From positions 23,440 through 87,439 of the forward strand of contig CAYWZU010000001.1 in the NCBI GenBank assembly GCA_964462925.1: a stretch of 64,000 bases of DNA, in the 5' to 3' direction. Under the pieces are notes generated by a model. It was not told the origin of the DNA, searched no databases, and saw only the letters and a list, made by a program, of their open reading frames with translations. This DNA is from an uncultured bacterium (GTDB taxonomy: Bacteria > Chlamydiota > Chlamydiia > Chlamydiales > FEN-1388). This document shows, piece by piece, positions 35,153 through 45,286 of this stretch (position 1 is its first letter; every line of letters starts with the position of its first letter). The position numbers were made by a program, and so were the translations under genes.

Positions 35153-37021
35153 TTAGAAAGTTATAGGAACAGGTGCACTTTCATTGCCGCCAGGATATAC
35201 TGCGGTAATTGAAAGATTTTGCAGATTTACTCCCTGTTTATAGCGTAAAACGTATGTATAGAGAGGCTCTGGAGGAAGCTCTGCTATTAGCACATTTCCG
35301 TAGTAAATCCTATAGGCAACAACACTTTCTGGTTGCAGTGGCGGACACCAGGAAAGTTTAATCCTGCTGCAGCAACGTATAAGGCAACCGGTAAAGCACT
35401 CTGGAGGTGGAAAATCAGGTAGTGTAATGGACACCTGATTTGTTCCAGCCTCTAGCGGAACAAGGTTGCCAAGGCATGGCTGAAAGTTGTAGTCAATATA
35501 TGAAGAATTATAAAATATAATTCCTGTAGGTGGATATCCAGTGATCAGGGCCTGAAATGCTAAAGTTACACTATCGCCTACAGCAATTGTTCCTAAAGAT
35601 ACCCCTGTCGTAAAATTAGGATTTGGCTGAGGAATGCCATTTATGGTAAAGGTTCCAGGAACAAAACTTAAACCGGACTCCAGAGGATCCTTAAAAATCA
35701 CAGAGTAAGCATCTGCTGTTCCTGAATTTTCTAAGCTTATAGAAAAGGTGACGGTATCGCCAATATTTCTATCTACGTCAAGCACGCCATCTACAAGCTT
35801 TGATGCTATAAGGATAGGGGCTCCTACCTGAATCTGTATCCCTACAGAGCTGATCGTATAGTCATCACCTGTAGTAGTACCTTGTGCATATGCTGATGTA
35901 TCATTAAAGTTTATAGAACTTGTTATGTCAATGCTCGTTATGTCTATCCCTTGTCTTCCGCCAGAGACATTTGTACCGGCTACTGCATCTTGGTTTGTCG
36001 TACCATAGCTTCCGCGCGTATCGAGCTGGCTCGATCCAAGTGCTACAAGCTTTCCTGTAATGGGATCTGTCGTCAAAGGGAGAAGTGTATTAATCTGCGA
36101 TGCAAAAAAGTTGTTAATCGGATTATTCGTTCCAGAGAGCCTATCTGCAGGAGTAAAGGGCTGCGCTGTAGAAAAGAGCATGGTATCTCCAGTCTTATTA
36201 GCATCTCCTTCAATAGCTGAGGTAAAAAGTCTTGCTGAAATAAACCCAGATGGCGGCGCGCAAAAGCCCTTAGCTGAAGCTGGGGAATTTGTATTTGATG
36301 ATGCCTGCTCGCAGCCAACAAAAATAGTAAGATTTGATGTGTACATCAAGGGATTTTGATAGGCAACTGCTAATACCCAGCCGGCAGCATTATGCGTGTC
36401 ATCGCCTGCTGCAGAAGTGCCTGCAACACCGCCAACTGTATAGGTACCAGCACCTCCACCTTGAACTATACTTGTTACATTCTGGGAGCGTACATAGTTT
36501 CCGCAGGGGCAGTTGCAAGGAGTTGGAGATGGTCCCGGACAGCCGTAGCCAGGGGTTGTGGCATTCTGCGCAGTTGCTGGATCTGCGAGCACTGAAAAGG
36601 TGCTTAGTTGCGGTGTAGTGATTGTGACTGGGCCATTTGGTTCATTGCCTGTGATTTGGCTGTAAAAGTCAAAACTTCCCATCCATATAAGTTCTGCATA
36701 GAGAACTGTACTTCCACTTGGCAAGTCTAAAACAGCAGATGAGCTATTTTCAAGGTAGTTTAAAGTTGTTCCGGCAGCCGTTCCATCATTTGGATAGCTT
36801 CCGACGGGAGCAGGAAGAGGCTGCTCAGTAGTAATAAAAGCGCCAATAGAATCGCTAGTTCCTGGATTATTTTGGCCAGCTCGCTTACTGAGGCCTAAAG
36901 TATTGCCGGTGTAAGAAAGCCCTCCATTGTTTAGAGTACTGTAGCGCAAGATATAAACGCCCTCAAGCGATTGCAAGAGCAATAAAAGGGCAGTAACTAA
37001 ATAAAATAATTTTATTTTCAT
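35153..37021 (-). CDS. secreted surface/adhesin-like protein with a DUF11-type repeat domain and a C-terminal FN3-like domain
   Basis: Signal peptide. GDTVTFSISLENSGTADAYSVIFKDPLESGLSFVPGTFTINGIP matches the DUF11/conserved-repeat-domain pattern. The N-terminal half is Gly/Thr/Ser-rich. Confidence 0.5.
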   Translation of the reverse strand: MKIKLFYLVTALLLLLQSLEGVYILRYSTLNNGGLSYTGNTLGLSKRAGQNNPGTSDSIGAFITTEQPLPAPVGSYPNDGTAAGTTLNYLENSSSAVLDLPSGSTVLYAELIWMGSFDFYSQITGNEPNGPVTITTPQLSTFSVLADPATAQNATTPGYGCPGPSPTPCNCPCGNYVRSQNVTSIVQGGGAGTYTVGGVAGTSAAGDDTHNAAGWVLAVAYQNPLMYTSNLTIFVGCEQASSNTNSPASAKGFCAPPSGFISARLFTSAIEGDANKTGDTMLFSTAQPFTPADRLSGTNNPINNFFASQINTLLPLTTDPITGKLVALGSSQLDTRGSYGTTNQDAVAGTNVSGGRQGIDITSIDITSSINFNDTSAYAQGTTTGDDYTISSVGIQIQVGAPILIASKLVDGVLDVDRNIGDTVTFSISLENSGTADAYSVIFKDPLESGLSFVPGTFTINGIPQPNPNFTTGVSLGTIAVGDSVTLAFQALITGYPPTGIIFYNSSYIDYNFQPCLGNLVPLEAGTNQVSITLPDFPPPECFTGCLIRCCSRIKLSWCPPLQPESVVAYRIYYGNVLIAELPPEPLYTYVLRYKQGVNLQNLSITAVYPGGNESAPVPITF

Positions 37022-37103
37022 GATTTCACCATAGATTTACACACCCCTTCTATAGCAAATAATGAAAAAAGAAAAAACAAAAAATCCTGAGATAGCTGCT
37101 TAT

Positions 37104-37475
37104 CTACAAGGCAGGTTTGACAGGTTCGGTAGGTTTTACCGGATCCCGTATTTGTTCAAAGCAGTTTTGATACGCTTTACCGAAAGCGATTTTTTTAGCA
37201 ACGCTCTGTGTCGAAGCTGCGCCCTTTGCAAGATCTAGCGGGTGAGCCGGACGAATTTTTTCGATTACTGCTGGAGAAAACCAGCGAAGCGACATCGGCT
37301 GCATGCAGTTTTCATTCAGCATTCTACTTACATATTTTGCTTTTTGCTCTGTAGATGAAAAAAGCGTTCGAAGGTTTACGTAGACAGCCTTGCATAGTCC
37401 GCCTAAAAACCAGGTAGGTTTAAAGCGGTTTGTTTGTACAACGTCATTGATAAGATCAAGAGGTTTAATGTCCAT
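37104..37475 (-). CDS. hypothetical protein, 123 aa
   Basis: The ATG lies 2 nt after the stop of the upstream 85-aa ORF. No motif recognised. Confidence 0.45.
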   Translation of the reverse strand: MDIKPLDLINDVVQTNRFKPTWFLGGLCKAVYVNLRTLFSSTEQKAKYVSRMLNENCMQPMSLRWFSPAVIEKIRPAHPLDLAKGAASTQSVAKKIAFGKAYQNCFEQIRDPVKPTEPVKPAL

Positions 37476-37477
37476 AT

Positions 37478-37735
37478 TTATCCAGCCATGGGTATGTTTG
37501 CTACAAAAATTTTCTTGTGATCGATCGTAAAGGTGAACTTATTTCCCTCTCCACGTTCAACCTCAACAACATGATCCTTTTTTGGATCCAGTTCAACTTG
37601 GCTATTAATCACTTCCTGAAAATAGGGAAAGAGAATCTTCAACCGTACATCACCCCTTAGAGTAATTTGAGGTTGATTTTTGCGAGCGAAAAAGTTGACC
37701 TTCTCGCGGTATATAAAGCTGCCAAGTAGTTCCAT
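37478..37735 (-). CDS. hypothetical protein, 85 aa
   Basis: ATG-initiated ORF, divergent from nuoA and tightly coupled to the downstream 123-aa ORF. Confidence 0.45.
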   Translation of the reverse strand: MELLGSFIYREKVNFFARKNQPQITLRGDVRLKILFPYFQEVINSQVELDPKKDHVVEVERGEGNKFTFTIDHKKIFVANIPMAG

Positions 37736-37795
37736 AATTTCTTGCTATAAAAAAAATCAGCATTTCAGTACAAGGGCAAACAATGAGGAATTTTT

Positions 37796-38155
37796 ATGAT
37801 GGCTGAATACTTTTCAGTTTTTGTCTACTTAGGCTTAGTTCTTTTTGTAACACTTGTCATGCTCGGGGTTACCTGGATATTCCCCACAAAAAGAGATAGC
37901 ACGGCAAAATTTATGCCCTATGAATCGGGCATTCAAACTGAAACCAAGCTTCTTCAAAAGCGATTTCCCCTTAGACACTATCTCGTAGCCTTAATTTTTT
38001 TGGTTTTTGATATCGAAGTGATATTTTTATTTCCTTGGGCCGTGGTCGGGAAAGAAATTGGCGCCTTTGCCTTCTATGAGATGGCGCTCTTTCTTGTAGC
38101 ACTCTCTGTTGGCTTTATCTACGTATGGAAAAATGGAGGACTAGAATGGGAGTAA
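37796..38155 (+). CDS. nuoA: NADH-quinone oxidoreductase subunit A
   Basis: 119 aa with three TM segments, a PYESG motif and an [14 protein letters not shown] block. GAGGA RBS. Confidence 0.9.
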   Translation: MMAEYFSVFVYLGLVLFVTLVMLGVTWIFPTKRDSTAKFMPYESGIQTETKLLQKRFPLRHYLVALIFLVFDIEVIFLFPWAVVGKEIGAFAFYEMALFLVALSVGFIYVWKNGGLEWE

Positions 38156-38637
38156 ACCCAAAAGAAAAAACCCCATTTATGGTAGCACCATTAGAACAGC
38201 TTATAAATTGGGCAAGAAAAAATTCTCTCTGGCCTGCCCAGTTTGGCCTTGCCTGCTGTGCAATTGAGATGATGTCAACGGCTGCAAGCCGCTACGATAT
38301 TGCAAGATTTGGTGCAGAGGTATTTCGCGCATCGCCTCGTCAAAGCGATGTGTTAATCGTCGCTGGAAGGCTTAGCCAAAAGATGGCCCCTGTCCTAAAA
38401 ACCGTCTACGATCAGATGCTTGAGCCCAAGTGGGTTGTTGCGATGGGCGACTGCGCATCGTCAGGCGGCATCTACAATAACTACGCCATCATACAAGGAG
38501 TAGACAAAATCGTCCCTGTTGATGTGTATGTTGCAGGCTGTCCGCCAAGGCCAGAAGCGCTCCTTGACGGCCTCCTCCTTCTTCAAAAAAAGATCCAAAC
38601 TGAAACGCCATTTCGAGATAAACATGTTGTCAAGTGA
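38146..38637 (+). CDS. nuoB: NADH-quinone oxidoreductase subunit B
   Basis: [23 protein letters not shown] and AGCPPRPEA are the N2 cluster ligand motifs. The ATG at 38146 was chosen; the ORF is also open from the ATG at 38125. Confidence 0.9.
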   Translation: MGVNPKEKTPFMVAPLEQLINWARKNSLWPAQFGLACCAIEMMSTAASRYDIARFGAEVFRASPRQSDVLIVAGRLSQKMAPVLKTVYDQMLEPKWVVAMGDCASSGGIYNNYAIIQGVDKIVPVDVYVAGCPPRPEALLDGLLLLQKKIQTETPFRDKHVVK

Positions 38638-39046
38638 AGTAGAAAAAACAAATCTTTTAGACTCCTTAAAGAGCGAAAAAGAAGCAGGCTTTAGAGTCCT
38701 CATGGATCTTACGGCGGTAGATTATATCACGCATACAAAGATTTTATACCTGCTCCATAATCCAGATACTTTTGAGCGAAAATTTATAACAACTTCGATA
38801 CAAAGAGGCGAAAGCATTCCATCAGTGACAGCGCTTTGGGAAGGAGCCGACTGGTACGAAAGAGAGCTCTGGGATATGTTTGGAGTACATATAACAGGGC
38901 ATCCCGACCTTGCACGGATTTTGATGCCAGATGACTGGCATGGCCATCCTCTGAGAAAAGATTATGCCCTTACTGAAGAGCCCGTAGAATTTAAACATGA
39001 TGTACATCCAAAAGTTCCATCGGAAATAATACCCTATGTTAGATAG
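38624..39046 (+). CDS. nuoC: NADH-quinone oxidoreductase subunit C (short form, about 140 aa)
   Basis: [23 protein letters not shown] and HPLRKDY blocks. The ATG at 38624 overlaps the nuoB stop by 14 nt. The longer track ORF starting at 38519 lies inside nuoB. Confidence 0.85.
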   Translation: MLSSEVEKTNLLDSLKSEKEAGFRVLMDLTAVDYITHTKILYLLHNPDTFERKFITTSIQRGESIPSVTALWEGADWYERELWDMFGVHITGHPDLARILMPDDWHGHPLRKDYALTEEPVEFKHDVHPKVPSEIIPYVR

Positions 39047-40241
39047 ACGAGATCTCACACGGCTAGATGATAGCACAGACAGTATTATGGAGCTCAATTT
39101 AGGGCCTCAGCATCCCTCAACCCACGGTGTGCTTCGGCTCAAGCTAAAGCTTGATGGCGAAGTTGTTGTAGGCTGCGAGCCTGTTATTGGCTACCTCCAT
39201 ACAGGTGTTGAAAAAGAGTGCGAAACGCGCACATACCTGCAGATGTTTACCCTCATCGCTCGCCTTGACTACCTATCAGGACCTGCAGAAGAGCATGCAT
39301 TTGCTCAAACGGTTGAACAGATTATGAACATCGAAGTTCCAGAGCGCGCGCAAAAAATACGCGTTATGCTCCAGGAGCTTGCCCGAATTGCCTCTCACCT
39401 ACTTTGGCTTGGAACAAGTGCTCTAGAGCTTAATATGAGCTCAGTATTTATGTACGCCTTTGTGGAAAGGGAAAAAATTTTAGATCTTATCGAGAGCTAT
39501 TCAGGTGCTCGCATGTTTCCTAACTGCTGGAGGATTGGCGGACTCAATAGAGATCTGCCCGATGGTTTTGTAGAAGCTGCAAAAAAGTTTTTAAAAGAAC
39601 TTCCCAAAGCACTGCGAGATTTAGAGAATCTCCTTACAGATAACTACGTATGGTGCGAGCGCCTTCAAGGAGTTGGAGTCATCGACAAAAAACTCGCTGA
39701 AGAATACATGTGCACAGGCCCCATCCTTCGAGCGTGCGGCGTAGCCTATGATATCCGCAAGGCATACCCCTATAGCGACTATGAAACATACAACTTTGAC
39801 ATTCCAACCCAAAAAGAGGGAGATGCCTACGCTCGCTATCTCGTACGCCTTCAGGAGATGAAAGAAAGCATCTCCATCGTGCAGCAAGTTTTAGACGGCC
39901 TCTCTCCCGGACCTATTATTGTAGATAATCGAAAAGTCGCCCTCCCTCCCCGCTCTGAACTTGCAAGAAGCATGGAGGCTGTGATTCATCAATTTAAATT
40001 AGTTTCTGAGGGCATTCATCCCCCAAAAGGATCACTCTATACCGCTGTAGAATCTGCTCGAGGAGAACTTGGCTACTATGTAGAAAGCGACGGCTCAAAC
40101 AAGCCCTATAGAGTTCGCGTTCGGTCTCCATCATTTCCACACGTTGAGGTGCTTAAAAAAATTCTTCCAGGCCTCATTATTTCAGATGTTGTAGTTGCAA
40201 TTGCAAGTATTGACCCTATTTTAGGAGATGTCGACAGGTGA
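39036..40241 (+). CDS. nuoD: NADH-quinone oxidoreductase subunit D
   Basis: [31 protein letters not shown] and [10 protein letters not shown]. Confidence 0.93.
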   Translation: MLDRRDLTRLDDSTDSIMELNLGPQHPSTHGVLRLKLKLDGEVVVGCEPVIGYLHTGVEKECETRTYLQMFTLIARLDYLSGPAEEHAFAQTVEQIMNIEVPERAQKIRVMLQELARIASHLLWLGTSALELNMSSVFMYAFVEREKILDLIESYSGARMFPNCWRIGGLNRDLPDGFVEAAKKFLKELPKALRDLENLLTDNYVWCERLQGVGVIDKKLAEEYMCTGPILRACGVAYDIRKAYPYSDYETYNFDIPTQKEGDAYARYLVRLQEMKESISIVQQVLDGLSPGPIIVDNRKVALPPRSELARSMEAVIHQFKLVSEGIHPPKGSLYTAVESARGELGYYVESDGSNKPYRVRVRSPSFPHVEVLKKILPGLIISDVVVAIASIDPILGDVDR

Positions 40242-40690
40242 AACTCTCAGATGAAACAGTAGATGCTATACGCAAGCTGCAAAAACGCTATCCACAAAAA
40301 AGGTCTGCTCTCATTCCATCCTTGCATCTTGCACAAAAGGAGGTAGGATATCTTCCTGTAGACATTCAAAAGGAAGTTGCCGCACTTTTCGACCTTGATA
40401 AAGACGAAGTGCGGGCTATTGCAAGCTTTTACGATATGTTTTTTGAAGAGCCAGTAGGAAAACATATTATTCATGTCTGCAAAAATGCCTCATGCATGCT
40501 TCGAGGATGCGACCATGTGATAGAATGCCTGAAAGCTAAGCTTAAGGACAAAACAGACATAACCCTTATTGAATCAGAGTGCCTCGGCGCATGCGATAGA
40601 GCTCCTATGATGATTGTAGGTGAAAAAGTAGTGGGCCCAGTATCTGTAGATCACCTTGATAGTATCATCGAGGAGGCATCAAATGGATGA
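40238..40690 (+). CDS. nuoE: NADH-quinone oxidoreductase subunit E
   Basis: 2Fe-2S ligand pattern VCKNASCMLRGC...CLGACDRAP. The GTG start overlaps the nuoD stop (GTGA). Confidence 0.88.
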   Translation: MKLSDETVDAIRKLQKRYPQKRSALIPSLHLAQKEVGYLPVDIQKEVAALFDLDKDEVRAIASFYDMFFEEPVGKHIIHVCKNASCMLRGCDHVIECLKAKLKDKTDITLIESECLGACDRAPMMIVGEKVVGPVSVDHLDSIIEEASNG

Positions 40691-41951
40691 GATGAGAGTG
40701 CTTATGCGCTATACGAATGATCCTGAGCAGCGAAGGCTTGCAACGTATCTTAAAAATGGCGGCTACAGGGCAATAAAAAAAGCAAAGGAGACTCTTACTC
40801 CAGATGCGCTTATCGAACTTGTTAAAAATGCAGAGCTCAGAGGCCGCGGCGGCGCAGGCTTTATGACGGGAGTAAAGTGGGGCTTTATACCAAAAGGTGA
40901 ATCCATCGATAAGTATGTCGTCTGCAATGCTGATGAAAGCGAACCTGGGACCTTTAAAGACCGTCTTCTTATAGAAAAGGATCCCCATCAGATACTCGAA
41001 GGCATTATGCTTGCAGCCTATGCCATAGGCGCAAAAAAGGCATTTATTTACTGCAGAGGCGAGTATTTTGAAGGCTTAGAAACCCTAAATGCTGCAGTTG
41101 ATGAAGCTAAAGACTATCTTGATGGCCTAGACATCATTGTTCATCCCGGCGCCGGCGCCTATATAGCTGGTGAAGAGACGGCGCAGCTCAATTCTTTAGA
41201 AGGCTACAGGGCAACTCCCCGCCTAAAACCGCCATTTCCTGCAACCAAAGGCCTCTATAATAAACCTACAATCATCAACAATGTCGAGACGCTCTGCAAT
41301 GTTGTCCATATCGTCAATAATGGCCTTGAATGGTACCAAGGAATAGGAAAACCAAAAAATCGTGGAACTAAAATCTTTCAGATAAGCGGGCAGATTCAAA
41401 AACCTGGCTGTTATGAATTTCCCCTCGGCATCACTCTTAAAGAAGTGCTGGACGCAGCAGGAGGAATGCTTCCTGGTAGATCGTTTAAGGCATGCTATCC
41501 TGGAGGATCTTCCTGCGAGCTGCTCACAAAAGATGATTTAGCCATTTCTATGGATTTTGACTCTTTGATGCAGAGAAAGTCAGCACTTGGAACTGCATCC
41601 ATTATTGTTATGGATGATAGCGCAGATATGGTAAAGGTAGCCCATAGGCTTATGCAGTTTTATCAAAATGAATCATGCGGAAAGTGCACACCCTGCAGGG
41701 AAGGAACCAGGTGGTCTGTGCAGATACTTGCAAGAATAGAAGCAGGTCAAGGAACCTATAGGGACCTTGAAACAATCGATGATATCTGCAATAGCATGGT
41801 TTCAAATTCTTTCTGCCCTCTTGCTGTTGGTGCTGCTCCTCCGATTCAGAGCGCTATGAAGCACTTTAGAGATGAATTTGCAGCCTACATTGAAAAAAAT
41901 CCCGATAGAAATAAGCCCCAAACCTTGAAAATTGCATACCCCTACCTATGA
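40683..41951 (+). CDS. nuoF: NADH-quinone oxidoreductase subunit F
   Basis: RGRGGAGF, NADESEPGTFKDR and ESCGKCTPCREG motifs. The ATG at 40683 overlaps the nuoE stop (ATGGATGA). Confidence 0.93.
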   Translation: MDEMRVLMRYTNDPEQRRLATYLKNGGYRAIKKAKETLTPDALIELVKNAELRGRGGAGFMTGVKWGFIPKGESIDKYVVCNADESEPGTFKDRLLIEKDPHQILEGIMLAAYAIGAKKAFIYCRGEYFEGLETLNAAVDEAKDYLDGLDIIVHPGAGAYIAGEETAQLNSLEGYRATPRLKPPFPATKGLYNKPTIINNVETLCNVVHIVNNGLEWYQGIGKPKNRGTKIFQISGQIQKPGCYEFPLGITLKEVLDAAGGMLPGRSFKACYPGGSSCELLTKDDLAISMDFDSLMQRKSALGTASIIVMDDSADMVKVAHRLMQFYQNESCGKCTPCREGTRWSVQILARIEAGQGTYRDLETIDDICNSMVSNSFCPLAVGAAPPIQSAMKHFRDEFAAYIEKNPDRNKPQTLKIAYPYL

Positions 41952-44104
41952 TAAAACTTACGATTGATGACAAAGAAATAACCGTTGAAAAGGGAACTAC
42001 AGTCTATCAAGCTGCAAAACAGATGGGCATTGACCTTCCCATTTTTTGCTATCAGGAACGGATGCCTCCCTTTGGTGCATGTAGAGTTTGCCTTGTCGAA
42101 GTTGATAAGATGCCAAAGCTGCAAACTTCTTGTACGCTCGAGTGTCAAGAAGGCATGGTTGTGCGAACTCAGGCACATCCTGCAGTAAAAGCTCGCGAAG
42201 AGATTTTGGAATTTTTACTTATAAACCACCCGCTTGACTGCCCAGTATGCGATAGAGGCGGCGAGTGTCCTCTCCAGGATCAGGCGCTTAAATTTGGCCC
42301 TGGCAAAAGCCGCTTTTTCGAAGATAAAAGACATTTTGAAAAACCTATTTCCTTAAGTCCAGTACTCAAACTTGACCGCGAGCGCTGCGTGACATGTGCA
42401 CGCTGCACACGCTTTGGTGATCTTGTTGCAGGCGATCACGCGCTTGAATTTATCGATCGCGGCTACAAAACTGAAGTTGGCGGCGATGCTGACTCTAAGT
42501 TTATAGGAAATACTATCATGATATGTCCTGTTGGTGCACTCACGAGCGATGTCTACCGCTTTAGAGCAAGGCCTTGGGATAATGCAACTACTGAAAGCAC
42601 ATGCACGCTTTGTCCTGTAGGATGCGGGCTCTTTTTAGACTCCCGAGATGGGGAAATTATGCGTACGCGCTCAAAAGAGATGCGAGAAGTAAATGATATC
42701 TGGCTTTGTGATAAGGGCTGGTTTGGCTATGAGTTTAGCTCAAGTGATAAGAGGCTGACTACTCCCCTAATTAAAATTGATGGAAAGCTAAAGCCCGCAA
42801 GCTGGGAAGATGCCTACAGCTTTATTGCAGAGAAGATGAAAAAAGCAAAGACTTCTGCCGCTTTTGGGGGAAACACACTTACTATCGAAGAGAGCTACCT
42901 CCTACAGCTTTTGATGCGAAAAGGGCTTAATTCAACTAATGTCGATCATCGCGTTGGACTGCCCATCTTTTCAAAAGACGAAGAGGGTCTTCAGGCTGGC
43001 ATGGAGCTTCAAATTGGAGATATTGAATCCCTTGATGAAGTACTTCTCCTAGGATGCGACATCACAGAAGAATTTCCTGTGATTTGGCTACGGCTTAAAC
43101 AAGCAATAAATAAAGGCTGCAAAGTGATATTTGCAGGCCACTTTGCACCAGAAGTTTCGCGCTATTTTCAAGAGGTTCATCTACATGCGCCCGGAAATGA
43201 ACTGAGCACGCTCTCTAAAGTAAAGAAAGAAGGGGCTCATATTCTTGTAGGCAGCCAGTATCTTGCGTCAACTTCGCGAAAAGAGCTCCTCGCTGAGCTT
43301 CTCTCCTGGCAGCCAAAGAGCTTAAACCTTCTTGAAGGCAGCGGCAACAGTATGGGCGCCCGCTTTGCTGGCATGTATCCTGATAACGACGGCAAAAACA
43401 TTCTCGAAGTTATGGAAGAGGCAAAAAAATCAGGATGGGACCTTATCTATGCAGTAGGTGCCGACCTGGCATCTAAAATGCCAGAAGCTGAGTGGAAAAA
43501 AGTTCGAAAAAACCTTGGATGCCTTATTGTTCAAGATATCTTTATGACAAAAACGGCAGAAGATGCCGACGTTGTGCTTCCAACTCTTAGCTTTGTTGAA
43601 AAAGGCGGAAGCTTCATGAACATAGAAGGCCGCATCCAAAAGCTAAAGCCCGGGAAAGCAATTCCAAAAGACATCTACGCAGACTCTTATATCTTTGTTC
43701 GAATTGCCCATAAAATTAGATGCTCGCTTGTGATAGAGGAGTCGTTTCTGAATAAATTAAAGCCAGGCCGCCTCCCGCTTCTTCGCCCAAAAAGAATCGA
43801 TGTAGAGGAAAAGCCCGCACAAAAGCATCAGGGACTTACTGCTACATTCTCTCGCGCGCTCTTTGATCAAGGTGTTCGCATGCAGCATAATAGCCATCTT
43901 GTGCAGCTTGTAAAAACTCCCTACGTTCGGATGCATCCAGACGAGGCTAAGGAATCTATAAAACTTGGAGCCATTACAGCTAACGTGCAGCAAGATCCAC
44001 TTGTAGCAAAAGGCTGCATAGTAATCCCCCTTGGCTTTCACGAAATTCCTGCCTATGAGTTAGGCCAAAACCTGCTTTGCGGAATGCCGATACCTTCACC
44101 TTGA
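41948..44104 (+). CDS. nuoG: NADH-quinone oxidoreductase subunit G
   Basis: N-terminal 2Fe-2S fold (CYQERMPPFGACRVCLVEV), HPLDCPVCDRGGECPLQ and CVTCARCTRF, then a molybdopterin-oxidoreductase-like body. Confidence 0.9.
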   Translation: MIKLTIDDKEITVEKGTTVYQAAKQMGIDLPIFCYQERMPPFGACRVCLVEVDKMPKLQTSCTLECQEGMVVRTQAHPAVKAREEILEFLLINHPLDCPVCDRGGECPLQDQALKFGPGKSRFFEDKRHFEKPISLSPVLKLDRERCVTCARCTRFGDLVAGDHALEFIDRGYKTEVGGDADSKFIGNTIMICPVGALTSDVYRFRARPWDNATTESTCTLCPVGCGLFLDSRDGEIMRTRSKEMREVNDIWLCDKGWFGYEFSSSDKRLTTPLIKIDGKLKPASWEDAYSFIAEKMKKAKTSAAFGGNTLTIEESYLLQLLMRKGLNSTNVDHRVGLPIFSKDEEGLQAGMELQIGDIESLDEVLLLGCDITEEFPVIWLRLKQAINKGCKVIFAGHFAPEVSRYFQEVHLHAPGNELSTLSKVKKEGAHILVGSQYLASTSRKELLAELLSWQPKSLNLLEGSGNSMGARFAGMYPDNDGKNILEVMEEAKKSGWDLIYAVGADLASKMPEAEWKKVRKNLGCLIVQDIFMTKTAEDADVVLPTLSFVEKGGSFMNIEGRIQKLKPGKAIPKDIYADSYIFVRIAHKIRCSLVIEESFLNKLKPGRLPLLRPKRIDVEEKPAQKHQGLTATFSRALFDQGVRMQHNSHLVQLVKTPYVRMHPDEAKESIKLGAITANVQQDPLVAKGCIVIPLGFHEIPAYELGQNLLCGMPIPSP

Positions 44105-44120
44105 TCTTAATCCCATTCAT

Positions 44121-44145
44121 TACTAAGATGCGGCCCATCTTAGTA
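44121..44145 (+). terminator. Stem-loop about 16 nt after the nuoG stop
   Basis: tactaagat-gcggccc-atcttagta: a perfect 9-bp stem with a 7-nt loop, followed by ctatattt (weak U-tract). Confidence 0.4.
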
Positions 44146-44176
44146 CTATATTTCACAAGGGGGCTTTATACACATC

Positions 44177-45124
44177 ATGATAAATAATACATTTAATGAA
44201 ATATCCGCACGTGCAATTTTGCTCGGAGGAGTTTATGGTCTTGCCGCAGCTGCATTTGGCAAAGATAGCGCTGGACGTGCTTTTTCCTATATTCCAAGTC
44301 TTGGAGGACGGCTAGCAGAACTTGGCCTAGAATCACTAGTAGATGCAGGATTCATTAACCCGCTCTCTAAAGAGGTTTTACTAAAAGCTCGTTATATCGC
44401 TACGGCAACTACTGCAGTAGTTGCTTTTTGGAAAGGACCCGCACTCATTGGAGCGAGCGCAAATAAACTCCAGGAGATAGGAGGAGGCCTTTCGATCACG
44501 CAAATACTTAAATCGCCCTTTAAGATAAAACAGTATTGGGTCAACCATCCAGATCGCATACTTCTTACCAAACGGCAAGCTATAGCCCTTGGCGCTACGA
44601 CGGTTGTTGCATGTGCTGTTGCAGCAGGCCCTGAGCGCACATCCTGGGCGGTTGATCAGCTAAGCAGCATGCCAAGCCAGCTTGCTGATTATACGTTAAA
44701 TACGCTTAAAATAACTGATGAAAGCTGGTTTTCAAGTGCTGCTACTCCAAGATGGGCAAAATGGGTATCAGGCGCTTCTCTGGTAGCAGGCGGATGGTGG
44801 GCCGTTAATACCGCAGCTGCTGGAGTTCTCTGGGGAGTTAATAGAGTGCTCAAAGGTGTACAGACACCTGTATGGGGGCAAAATTGGTACGACCGTTATC
44901 AAAGTATAGCAAGCGATCACTCCAAGCTATACGATAAGTATTGGGAAGTAAAGAGAGGGGCGGATATAAGACTTGAAGAAGAACAGGCAAAAACTCGAGA
45001 ATACAAAAATCTATTCACAAGAATGGTTGATACTCTCGCACCAAGTCTCAAGGGGAATTTTCAAGGGTTTGCAGATGCGCTTTTAGCGTTCACGAAGCAA
45101 AATGAGAAGTCTGATACAGAGTAA
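44177..45124 (+). CDS. hypothetical membrane protein, 315 aa (Gly/Ala-rich hydrophobic segments plus a charged C-terminal tail)
   Basis: About four hydrophobic segments (ILLGGVYGLAAAAFG, ATATTAVVAFW, ALGATTVVACAVAAG, SLVAGGWWAVNTAAAGVLWGV), then a charged helical tail. Confidence 0.55.
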   Translation: MINNTFNEISARAILLGGVYGLAAAAFGKDSAGRAFSYIPSLGGRLAELGLESLVDAGFINPLSKEVLLKARYIATATTAVVAFWKGPALIGASANKLQEIGGGLSITQILKSPFKIKQYWVNHPDRILLTKRQAIALGATTVVACAVAAGPERTSWAVDQLSSMPSQLADYTLNTLKITDESWFSSAATPRWAKWVSGASLVAGGWWAVNTAAAGVLWGVNRVLKGVQTPVWGQNWYDRYQSIASDHSKLYDKYWEVKRGADIRLEEEQAKTREYKNLFTRMVDTLAPSLKGNFQGFADALLAFTKQNEKSDTE

Positions 45125-45211
45125 CAATAAATGAGACTCCCCATAAACGCTAAATTATTTACCACCCCGCTTTGATCACAGAGGGTAATAATGAAAACTT
45201 AAAGCGCCTGT

Positions 45212-45232
45212 GGGGAGCTTTCCCCTTTTTTT
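45212..45232 (+). terminator. Intrinsic-terminator-like hairpin with a T7 run
   Basis: gggga-gctt-tcccc is followed directly by ttttttt (45226-45232). It lies 88 nt after the 44177-45124 stop and 55 nt before the next ATG. Confidence 0.5.
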
Positions 45233-45286
45233 ACCCTCTCTAAGGCAATCTGTACATAAATTCCCTCATTTGTTACGGATTGGATT

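Noticed and set aside
38519-38623. Longer ORF-track starts for nuoC (38519), nuoF (40656), nuoJ (49828), nuoB (38125), the vWA gene (57327) and the NfeD protease (18779)
   Set aside because: The extensions run deep into the preceding gene or encode non-homologous, Cys/Arg-rich leaders. Internal ATGs give the conserved N-termini or signal peptides, with classic stop/start overlaps or RBS sequences.
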